Source of the DNA: Candidatus [Bacteroides] periocalifornicus | Lineage (GTDB): Bacteria > Bacteroidota > Bacteroidia > Bacteroidales > CAJPTX01 | Length of the DNA: 64,000 nt | Assembly (NCBI GenBank): GCA_001421095.1 | Contig: LIIK01000008.1 | Location: forward strand, 2,791 to 66,790 | Reading direction: 5' to 3' | Shown here: positions 39,497 through 47,838 of the stretch, piece after piece | How positions within the stretch are numbered: the first letter of the stretch is position 1 | How the letters are laid out: every line of letters starts with the position of its first letter | The notes under the pieces: generated by a model | The model's database searches: none | Told to the model about the DNA's origin: nothing | The model's input: only the letters and a program-made list of their open reading frames with translations | Position numbers and translations under genes: made by a program

Positions 39497-40128
39497 TTTT
39501 GTGTGGGCGCTACAGAGAATCCCATTTCTATCAATTAACGAGATTTGCTATCTCGTTCTTGGTAGGGGCGGTGCTGTAGGGGCGGGTCGAGAGTTGCCCG
39601 CCCACCCCCGAGTACCCTCCCTAACAGTGCCGTGTCGGTTATAAAAACCGTGGCTCTCCATGCGTGGCATGGTATGCGCATGAAGGCGGCGGCAATGGCG
39701 ACATGTGGATCGCAATGCGACACGCAATGGCCTCCCCGCAAACGCCGACTGTAGGGTGCGTGGTCTTCGCAACGCGAAGATTCCCCCGCCCACCGTCTCC
39801 GCCGCGCAAATCCTCCCCGTCCGCCCCATCCACCATACGCGGTTACGGGAGGCCTGCGCGAGGGGCATCAAGAATCGCCCGCAGGCCTGTGCCCACGGGA
39901 TATGCGGGCTATTCCCCATCTCGGGAGTACCTAGCGCACTACCTTCGCGGCGTGGAATCGAGAGATTCCTCTTGCCTGCACCCTAAATCAGGACGCACAA
40001 TCAATCTACCGTAATAACCAACCAAAACCATACCGACATGGCCAATGCAATTCCCCACAAGCTCCGCTACCAGGACTGCCCCCACCCTCTTCCTGGAGTG
40101 CGACCGCCTGCTGGTGTAAGCTGCGTTA

Positions 40129-40150
40129 GTAGCGACGTGGCGTGCCGCGT
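40129..40150 (+). repeat. GTAG-palindrome box, T-variant (3' arm truncated) + short array
   Basis: GTAGCGACGTGGCGTGCCGCGT, then tcccaaac repeats. Lies 197 nt upstream of the ATG at 40326. Confidence 0.6.
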
Positions 40151-40274
40151 TCCCAAACGCCGCGTCGCGTTCCCAAACCCGCATTGCGATTAGGGGATTC
40201 GGCTCGCTCCATTATGTGGCGTTCTCCAATTGCCACCCTCGGGGGGCTAAAAATTGCAGAAATGAAATAATGTC

Positions 40275-40282
40275 TACCTTTG
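40275..40282 (+). promoter_or_regulatory. -7 promoter box (tacctttg)
   Basis: Lies 44 nt upstream of the ATG at 40326. Confidence 0.5.
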
Positions 40283-40325
40283 CGTCTGACAACCCTGTCA
40301 AATCGATAGGCTAAAATTGATGTAA

Positions 40326-43300
40326 ATGCTTAGAATAGGCGTAGATATAGGTTCGACGACGGCGAAAATCGTAGTGCTGGGTGCTGATGATTCGGTGCTC
40401 TTTGAGGCCTACGAGCGCCATAATGCGAAGGCCAAGGAGCTCCTGCTATCGTTCTTGGATAGACTGCGTGCCCAGTTTGGCGATAGCGAGGTGTCGTTGA
40501 ATATCACGGGTTCTGTGGGCATGGGGGTGAGCGAGAAGTGCGGAGTGGCATTTGTGCAGGAGGTGGTGGCGGCTACCAAGGCCATACAGCATTTCTACCC
40601 GCAGGTACGCTCGATGATCGACATTGGGGGTGAGGATGCCAAGGTGGTATTCTTCAAGGACGGGCGTGCTACCGACCTCCGTATGAACGGGAACTGTGCT
40701 GGAGGAACGGGGGCTTTCATCGACCAGATGGCGATTCTGCTGGGAGTGCCACCCGAGGAACTCACCACCCTCGCGGAGAGGAGCAAGAACATCTACCCCA
40801 TCGCCTCTAGGTGCGGGGTGTTCAGCAAGACCGATGTCCAGAACCTGATAGCCAAGAATGTGGGCAAGGAGGACATAGCGGCCTCTGTATTCCACGCGGT
40901 GGCGGTGCAGGTGGTGGCTACGCTAGCCCACGGGTGTGAGATAGCGCCGCCAGTGCTATTCTGCGGGGGGCCACTCACATTTCTACCCCAGCTTCGGCAG
41001 GCTTTTATCGACTACCTAAAGATCTCGGAGTCAGACCTTGTGCTGCCCAAGAACAGCCACCTTATCCCGGCATTGGGGGCTGCCCTTGCGGCGGAGAAGG
41101 GTAAAGTCCAGCTGCTCTCGGAGCTGCGAGATTCTATCACTAAGGGGTTGGACAGCAATGGGATAGTGCGCAAGGGGCTTGAGCCAATATTTGCCAGTGA
41201 GGAGGAGTACGCGGCCTGGAAGGCACGAATCAATACCCACGCCATGCGCGAGGCGGATTTGACGCCCGGTAAGCATAGGGTGACGTTGGGCATTGACTCG
41301 GGCTCTACCACCACCAAGATCGTAGTGCTCAATGCGCAGAATGAGTTGCTTTTCCACTACTACCACAATAACGAGGGGAATCCTATAGCCGCAGCCCGCA
41401 AGGGATTGGAGCTTTTCCGAGAACGTTGCCAAGAGGCGAGGGCTGAGGTAGAAATTGTGGGGAGCTGCTCCACGGGCTACGGAGAGGATCTGCTCAAGGC
41501 TTCGTTTCGGCTCGATAGCGGTATCATAGAGACGATAGCGCACTACATGGCCGCCCGCCACCTTACGCAGAAGGTGAGCTTTATCCTCGACATTGGTGGT
41601 CAGGATATGAAGGCGATCTTCGTGAATGATGGGGTAATAAACCGCATGGAGATCAACGAGGCCTGCTCTAGCGGTTGCGGCTCGTTCATCGAGACCTTCG
41701 CGAAGTCGCTAGGTTACGATAAGGAGGCCTTTGCCCGCGAGGCGAGTTTGGCCAAGCTACCCTACGATCTGGGTACTCGCTGCACGGTGTTCATGAACTC
41801 AAAGGTAAAGCAGGCGCTGCGCGAGGGAGCTTCGATTGGTGACATTGCTGCCGGGCTATCATACTCGGTGGTGAAGAATTGCCTCTACAAGGTTCTGCGT
41901 CTCAAGGGGGTAGAGGAGCTGGGTGAGTACGTGGTGGTGCAGGGTGGTACGATGCGGAACGACTCGGTTGTGCGTGCCTACGAAAAGCTGATAGGGCATC
42001 CGGTATTCCGTAGCAATCGCCCGGAGTTGATGGGTGCTATAGGGTGTGCGCTCTATGCTCAAACGCATACGCACGGCGAGGTTGGGGTTACGCTTGAGGA
42101 GATTCTCGGGCAGGCTGACTACACCACCAAGCAGCAGGTGTGCATAGGGTGCGAGAACAAGTGCCTGGTGAGCATCTACCGATTCAGCAACGGGAGCCGC
42201 TACTTCTCAGGTAACCGGTGCGAGAAGATCTTCACCAACCAGGGCAGCGCTGTGGAGCACGGGACTAATGCCTATGCTCAGAAGCTGAATCTCCTGTTCA
42301 ACAGGAAGATCGAGGTCTCTAATCCGATTGCTACCATCGGGATTCCCCGCTCGCTGAATATGTATGAGGAGTACCCATTTTGGCATACGCTCTTCAGCCT
42401 GTGCGGTATCCAAGTGGTGCTGTCTGATACCTCTACCTTCACCAAGTACGAGGGGAGTGTGCGCCTTATAATGAGCGATAATATCTGCTTTCCGGCCAAA
42501 CTGGCGCATAGCCACATCAAGAATTTGATTGACAAGGGGGTAGATAGGATTTTCATGCCCTTTGTGGTGTTTGAGAAGCAGGAGGGGGGGCAGAATAGCT
42601 ACAACTGCCCGATAGTATCAGGATACGCCGAGGTGATAAAGAGCGTGCATAGCACCGATATCCCTATAGATTCGCCCGCTATCACCTTCAAGGATCACAA
42701 GCTGCTGCTACGCCAGTGTACGGAGTACCTTGCGGGGTTGGGCGTAAAGGCCAAGGTGGTGAAGGAGGCATTCTCCAAGGCCCTAGAGGCGGCAGATCAG
42801 TATGCTGAGCAGATAGCTACGTACAATCGGCAGCTGCTGGAGTCGAATGGCGGGAAGCGGTTGGCGATTTTGCTTGCCGGGCGTCCCTACCATGCCGATC
42901 CGCTTATCCAGCATAAGCTCAGCGATGTGATAGCGGCGATGGGGGCTGATGTGCTGACTGAGGACGTAGTGCGGGGCATGGATATAGAGGCTAAGGATGT
43001 GCATTTCGTGTCGCAGTGGGCCTATACCAATCGGATACTCAAGGCGGCAGAATGGGCAGGAAGGCAGGGCAATGGGGTGCAATTCATGCAGATGACCTCG
43101 TTCGGCTGTGGCCCTGATGCGTTCCTGACCGATGAGACGCGCCACCTGCTCAAGCTGCATGGCAAGACGCTCACCCTGCTGAAGATAGACGATGTGAGCA
43201 ATATCGGCTCTATAAAACTGCGGGTGCGGAGCGTGATAGAGAGTATGAAGCTCAGCGTGCAGGAGAAGCAAGCGGAGCGTGCCCCATTCGTTCGCCCTCC

Positions 43301-44534
43301 CGTATTCACCAAGGAGGAGCGGCAGAAGCGCAAGCGTATCATTGCACCGTTCTTCACCCCCTTCATCTCCCCGTTGATACCACCGCTCTTCAAGCTTGCG
43401 GGCTACGATGTGGAGAACCTAGAACCGAGCGATACGCAGTCTGGCGAGTGGGGGTTGCGCTACGCGAATAACGAGGTCTGCTACCCCGCAACGCTGGTGG
43501 TGGGCGATATAGTGAAGGCCTTCAAGAGCGGGAAGTACAGCCCTGAGGATACCGCAGTAATCATTACCCAGACCGGGGGGCAGTGCCGTGCTACAAACTA
43601 CATCTCGCTCATTAAGCGAGCATTGGCAGAGAGCGGCTATCCCGATGTGCCGGTAATCTCGCTGGCCTCGGGCTCTGGGGTGGAGAATAATCAGCCGGGG
43701 TTCAAGATGAACTGGCTGAAGATCATCGGTATAGTGGTGGCTGCGTTACTCTACAGCGACTGCATCGCGAAGTTCTACTACGCAGCGGTGGTGCGTGAGA
43801 AGGGGAGGGGAATGGCAGCCCGGCTACGCGATTACTATCTGGCGAAGGCCGATCCAGTAATTCGCAGGCACGACACCAAGGGGCTCTGGGCTCTGCTGGG
43901 TGAGGCTGCTGAGGCGTTCAACGATATTATAGTAGAACGCCGCACGCACAAGGTAGGGATAGTGGGTGAAATCTACCTGAAGTTCAACCCATTTGCCCAG
44001 AAGGATATCACCAACTGGCTCACCGAGCAGGGCATAGAGGTGGTGCCGCCGCTGCTAACCGACTTTTTCCTGCAGAGCTTTGTGAATACAATGGTGAATC
44101 GCGACAATCTGTTGGAAAGTGAGGGGCTGCCACGCCCGCTGCTGAAGGGTATCTATGCACTGGTATGGTCTAAGATCCAGAAAGCCAATAGGATCTGTAG
44201 CGCATTCAGGATCTTCACACCTTTCGAGTCGATATTCGCCAAGGCAGAAGAGGCCGAGCAGGTCGTTTCGCTCTACGCGCAGTTTGGTGAAGGGTGGTTG
44301 CTACCCGGCGAAATCCTCTCTATGGCGCACCAGGGGGTAAATCACGTGGTGAGCCTGCAGCCGTTTGGGTGTATAGCGAACCACATAGTGGCCCGGGGTA
44401 TAGAGAATAGAATGAAGCGACTGTACCCAGACTTGAACCTGCTCTCGCTAGATTTTGACAGCGGGGTGAGCGATGTGAACCTCCGGAATAGGATTCTGCT
44501 ATTCTTAGACAATATACTGGGAGTGGAGGCGTAG
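40326..44534 (+). CDS. Fusion protein: two BadF/BadG/BcrA/BcrD-type (2-hydroxyacyl-CoA dehydratase activase-like) ATPase modules + large DUF2229-like C-terminal region
   Basis: Two copies of the acetate/sugar-kinase fold motifs (GVDIGSTTAKIVV and GIDSGSTTTKIVV, each followed by DIGGEDAK or DIGGQDMK, and a conserved Cys). About 700 aa of Cys-containing C-terminal region. Confidence 0.75.
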   Translation: MLRIGVDIGSTTAKIVVLGADDSVLFEAYERHNAKAKELLLSFLDRLRAQFGDSEVSLNITGSVGMGVSEKCGVAFVQEVVAATKAIQHFYPQVRSMIDIGGEDAKVVFFKDGRATDLRMNGNCAGGTGAFIDQMAILLGVPPEELTTLAERSKNIYPIASRCGVFSKTDVQNLIAKNVGKEDIAASVFHAVAVQVVATLAHGCEIAPPVLFCGGPLTFLPQLRQAFIDYLKISESDLVLPKNSHLIPALGAALAAEKGKVQLLSELRDSITKGLDSNGIVRKGLEPIFASEEEYAAWKARINTHAMREADLTPGKHRVTLGIDSGSTTTKIVVLNAQNELLFHYYHNNEGNPIAAARKGLELFRERCQEARAEVEIVGSCSTGYGEDLLKASFRLDSGIIETIAHYMAARHLTQKVSFILDIGGQDMKAIFVNDGVINRMEINEACSSGCGSFIETFAKSLGYDKEAFAREASLAKLPYDLGTRCTVFMNSKVKQALREGASIGDIAAGLSYSVVKNCLYKVLRLKGVEELGEYVVVQGGTMRNDSVVRAYEKLIGHPVFRSNRPELMGAIGCALYAQTHTHGEVGVTLEEILGQADYTTKQQVCIGCENKCLVSIYRFSNGSRYFSGNRCEKIFTNQGSAVEHGTNAYAQKLNLLFNRKIEVSNPIATIGIPRSLNMYEEYPFWHTLFSLCGIQVVLSDTSTFTKYEGSVRLIMSDNICFPAKLAHSHIKNLIDKGVDRIFMPFVVFEKQEGGQNSYNCPIVSGYAEVIKSVHSTDIPIDSPAITFKDHKLLLRQCTEYLAGLGVKAKVVKEAFSKALEAADQYAEQIATYNRQLLESNGGKRLAILLAGRPYHADPLIQHKLSDVIAAMGADVLTEDVVRGMDIEAKDVHFVSQWAYTNRILKAAEWAGRQGNGVQFMQMTSFGCGPDAFLTDETRHLLKLHGKTLTLLKIDDVSNIGSIKLRVRSVIESMKLSVQEKQAERAPFVRPPVFTKEERQKRKRIIAPFFTPFISPLIPPLFKLAGYDVENLEPSDTQSGEWGLRYANNEVCYPATLVVGDIVKAFKSGKYSPEDTAVIITQTGGQCRATNYISLIKRALAESGYPDVPVISLASGSGVENNQPGFKMNWLKIIGIVVAALLYSDCIAKFYYAAVVREKGRGMAARLRDYYLAKADPVIRRHDTKGLWALLGEAAEAFNDIIVERRTHKVGIVGEIYLKFNPFAQKDITNWLTEQGIEVVPPLLTDFFLQSFVNTMVNRDNLLESEGLPRPLLKGIYALVWSKIQKANRICSAFRIFTPFESIFAKAEEAEQVVSLYAQFGEGWLLPGEILSMAHQGVNHVVSLQPFGCIANHIVARGIENRMKRLYPDLNLLSLDFDSGVSDVNLRNRILLFLDNILGVEA

Positions 44535-44720
44535 GGAGAATAGCATCATAACGTATTGTGGCAAAGGATTTCAGTTCCTGTGGAGGGGGCTGCGTAGGGC
44601 GGTGGCGCAATACTTAGGGAGGCTCTTTGAATGTAATGTATAGGTAGATGATGTATTGACCGCTGGGAGGTGATTCACTAGAGGCGGTTTAACATTAAGG
44701 GTTGTCGATAGAAAACGGTG

Positions 44721-45347
44721 ATGGAAGATGGTAAGCCAACATCTGGCACAGAGGCACGAATAGTGCAGGAGGCGACGAGGCTCTTCACAGAGCGGGGCTA
44801 TATTGCCACGAGCATGGCTGATATTGCTGCGGAGGTGGGAATCAATCGCACAGGGCTACATTACTACTACCGGACAAAGGATAGAATGTTTCAGGCTGTA
44901 TTCGGCAGCGTGGTGAAGCAGCTAATCCCCCAGATTCATGAAATCATCCTAGAGGTTAACAGCCCCGTGGAGGAGAGGGTCAGTAGGGTGATAGATGTCT
45001 ATTACGGGCTTTTCAAGGCTAACCCGAGCCTGCCAATGTTCATGCTTCGGGAGATGCAACGAGATTTTGATAATCTGCTGAATGCGATCTACCGGATGCA
45101 CCTTGAGCGCTACTGCACTGCGATAAGCCTAGGGCTACAGCGGGAAATGGACAGCGGCCATATACGGAAAGTACCCATCAGATTCCTGTTCATGACGTTC
45201 TATTCGCTGCTGACCATGCCCTTCATAACCAAGAATCTGTGCCAGTACGTTTGGCTGGAGGAGGGGGAAGCGTTTACTGATATGGTGGCTAAGTGGAAGC
45301 CATACGTGGTGGAGCAGATAAGGGCGCTGCTGGAGATACGGCAATAG
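44721..45347 (+). CDS. TetR/AcrR family transcriptional regulator
   Basis: HTH EATRLFTERGYIATSMADIAAEVGINRTGLHYYYRTKDRMF. Confidence 0.85.
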   Translation: MEDGKPTSGTEARIVQEATRLFTERGYIATSMADIAAEVGINRTGLHYYYRTKDRMFQAVFGSVVKQLIPQIHEIILEVNSPVEERVSRVIDVYYGLFKANPSLPMFMLREMQRDFDNLLNAIYRMHLERYCTAISLGLQREMDSGHIRKVPIRFLFMTFYSLLTMPFITKNLCQYVWLEEGEAFTDMVAKWKPYVVEQIRALLEIRQ

Positions 45348-45363
45348 CGCGCTGAGGCAGGGA

Positions 45364-45403
45364 AGAGAGCCGCCTAGACGAAGTCCAGGCGGCTCTCTTT
45401 TTT
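45364..45403 (+). terminator. Rho-independent terminator
   Basis: Stem agagagccgcc/ggcggctctct, then T6. Confidence 0.7.
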
Positions 45404-45469
45404 ACGGCTTTTTGCCCCTTGTTTTCCCATTTTCAGCGGGCTTGTTCCCCTCCCATTCGCCCAGGAGAT

Positions 45470-45700
45470 GGGTTTTAACCATGTTATCACCCATCGCCCT
45501 GCGAGGGAAAGCGGGAATGGCGTAATTCTGCCCTGGCGGGTCTTAGTAGCGACGTGGCGTGCCGCGTCGCGGCTTTACACCATCCGTGCTGCGGTTGTGG
45601 CGTATCCGCGTCGCGGCTTTACACCTTCCGCGCTGTGGTTAAAGCGTAATCCATCTTGCGGTTAAGCCATCCCACGCGCCCTTTAGCCGCGCTTCGGGTT
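45470..45700. repeat. Intergenic repeat block with T-variant GTAG box (45545-45568) and degenerate tandem array
   Basis: GTAGCGACGTGGCGTGCCGCGTCGcggctttacacc... appears twice. Lies 214 nt upstream of the ATG at 45759. Confidence 0.65.
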
Positions 45701-45758
45701 CATTAGCGTTTTCGGGAGATGGGGTAGATCCTTAAGATGTGAATGGGGGGCTGATAGG

Positions 45759-47597
45759 ATGTACGATTTCAGCCTCCCAGTATTCGATAAGTGCACGCTA
45801 CGCGCGAGGACGAGGTCGAAGAATCATCAGATGTGGACGGTGACCTTTATGGATGGCGACACGGAGTGGAAGAGCGTGCAGGTGGAGGATGGTGAACTCT
45901 GCGAGAAACCAACGCCAGACCCAGTGAGAGCGGGCTACACCTTTGAGTACTGGTGTAGCGATAGGGGAGATCCAGAGACATCGAAATTCCAGTTCAGAGT
46001 GCCCATACGGAAGAATCTGACACTCTGGGCACAGTGGAGGCGGGATCCCAAGGTAGTACTCCACAAGGTGATATTTGACACGCAGGAGGCTGGCAAGATC
46101 GACACCGTGGAGGTGGAGGACGGCAAGGCAGTGGCAGAGCCTACAGCACCAGTGAGGGCAGGGTACGATTTCAAGGGTTGGTATACCGATGCGGGATGCA
46201 CGATAAAGTACAACTTCAGCTCGGTGGTTACTGGCGATATCCACCTCTACGCCAAATGGGAGAGCAATGGGAAACCGACGTTCAAGGTGACATTCCACAG
46301 CAATGGTGGTAGCGAAGTGCCAGCGCAGCAGGTGGAGGAAAACTGGAAGGTTCAGCGACCTAAGAATCCTGTGTGGGCGAAGCACCAGTTTGCAGACTGG
46401 TATGAGGATGCGGGGCTCACGAAGCTCTACGATTTCGACGCGCAGGTAACAAAACCACTCGACCTCTACGCCAAATGGCTTTCGCTCTGTACGGTAAGCT
46501 ACTCGCAACCCGAGCACGGAAGGATGGATGTGAGAAACGGCAACGACCCCGTAGCGAGCGGCAACGAGGTGCTGGAGGGCACTAAGCTCTCGGTAAGCCT
46601 ACAGGCCGATGATGATTACAAGCCCAAAAGCCTGCTGGTGAACGGAAAGGAGCAGAAAATAGGTGAGGATATAGAGGTAAGGGAGGATGTGACCCTGGTG
46701 GCGGAATTCACCCTCGCGACCTATACGGTGACGTTTATCTACAACGATGGGGTAACGCAGAACTTAGACACTGTGGTGCCTATCTATACGATTCTCCAGC
46801 GGGGCGACGATCCTCAGCGGGAGGGGTATCGATTCAAGGATTGGTACATGGATCAGAATCTAGAAACGCCCTACGATTACAGCCGGCCGGTGAAGAACGA
46901 TCTTAAGCTCTACGCCAAGTGGGCGAAGCTCTGGACAGTAACCTTTGAGAGCAATGGGGGAAGCCCAGTGGATGCCCAGCAGGTGGAGGAAGGGCAAGCG
47001 GCTACCGAACCCCCAGCACCCACCAAGGGCGACGGGAGTGATTTTGGCGGTTGGTTTGAGGATGAAGGGCTGACGAAACCCTTCGTATTCACCACATCGA
47101 TTACTGGCGATAAGAAGCTCTACGCCAAGTGGGATACCAACCGATGCACCATAACCTTCAATAGCAATGGCGGTTCTACGGTGAAGGCTATCCAGGTACA
47201 GAAAGGTAAGCAGGCTAACGAGCCTACAGCACCTGTTCGGAGCGGTTACACTTTCGGGGGATGGTATACCGATGCGGCCTGCACTAAGGCCTACGATTGG
47301 AATAATCCCGTAGTTGCCAACCTAACGCTCTACGCCAAGTGGCAGATGGCAACCCCCGTGGCGCAGCTGCCCGAGGTGGTGGTGGCTAACCCCATAGACG
47401 GAGAGCTACGGCTGCTGAATGCCGAAAGGGTAATACGCTATACGGTGTACACCCAGACTGGCGTAGCTATAGTGCAAGGACGCTCGGCGGGCGCTGGGTC
47501 TATAAGGATAGATGCTACGGATTGGCCCAGTGGGGGCTACCTAGTGCGGGTGGAAGGCGCAATGGGCGGAAGGACTATAAGGGTAGTGAAACAGTAA
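45759..47597 (+). CDS. InlB B-repeat (Listeria-Bacteroides repeat, Flg_new) protein with T9SS type-A C-terminal domain; no recognisable signal peptide
   Basis: Six or more repeats of V.F..NGG........V..G......P..P.R.GY.F.GWY.D......YDF...V...L.LYAKW. C-terminus NPIDGELRLLNAERVIRYTVYTQTG...GGYLVRVEG...IRVVKQ. Confidence 0.75.
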   Translation: MYDFSLPVFDKCTLRARTRSKNHQMWTVTFMDGDTEWKSVQVEDGELCEKPTPDPVRAGYTFEYWCSDRGDPETSKFQFRVPIRKNLTLWAQWRRDPKVVLHKVIFDTQEAGKIDTVEVEDGKAVAEPTAPVRAGYDFKGWYTDAGCTIKYNFSSVVTGDIHLYAKWESNGKPTFKVTFHSNGGSEVPAQQVEENWKVQRPKNPVWAKHQFADWYEDAGLTKLYDFDAQVTKPLDLYAKWLSLCTVSYSQPEHGRMDVRNGNDPVASGNEVLEGTKLSVSLQADDDYKPKSLLVNGKEQKIGEDIEVREDVTLVAEFTLATYTVTFIYNDGVTQNLDTVVPIYTILQRGDDPQREGYRFKDWYMDQNLETPYDYSRPVKNDLKLYAKWAKLWTVTFESNGGSPVDAQQVEEGQAATEPPAPTKGDGSDFGGWFEDEGLTKPFVFTTSITGDKKLYAKWDTNRCTITFNSNGGSTVKAIQVQKGKQANEPTAPVRSGYTFGGWYTDAACTKAYDWNNPVVANLTLYAKWQMATPVAQLPEVVVANPIDGELRLLNAERVIRYTVYTQTGVAIVQGRSAGAGSIRIDATDWPSGGYLVRVEGAMGGRTIRVVKQ

Positions 47598-47838
47598 GGA
47601 TTGTTGGCAGCTTGCCCCCATCGGGTTACCGGTGGGGGCCGTTGTCATGGTTTTGCTGTAGAATGGGGTGCGCTCGGGAAGAGTGGGCATTTTGCCCCAT
47701 ATTATGATGCGCACGCAGAGAGCATGCAATTTTGTCCCCATGCAGCTTAGTAGCGACATGGAGGCTCGTGTTGCGATTTGGCTTTTCAGCATTCTCATTA
47801 CCATACAGTTCAGCAATTTTAATGGGATTTTTTAGCCG

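Larger units (their letters stand above)
38520..40260. repeat. 1.7-kb intergenic repeat mosaic including three tandem REPIN-like doublets
   Basis: Y modules (about 38545-38600, 38941-39000, inverted 39700-39790), three doublets, a G-module (39530-39625) and a T-variant box (40129). Only palindrome-derived pseudo-ORFs are present. Confidence 0.8.
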
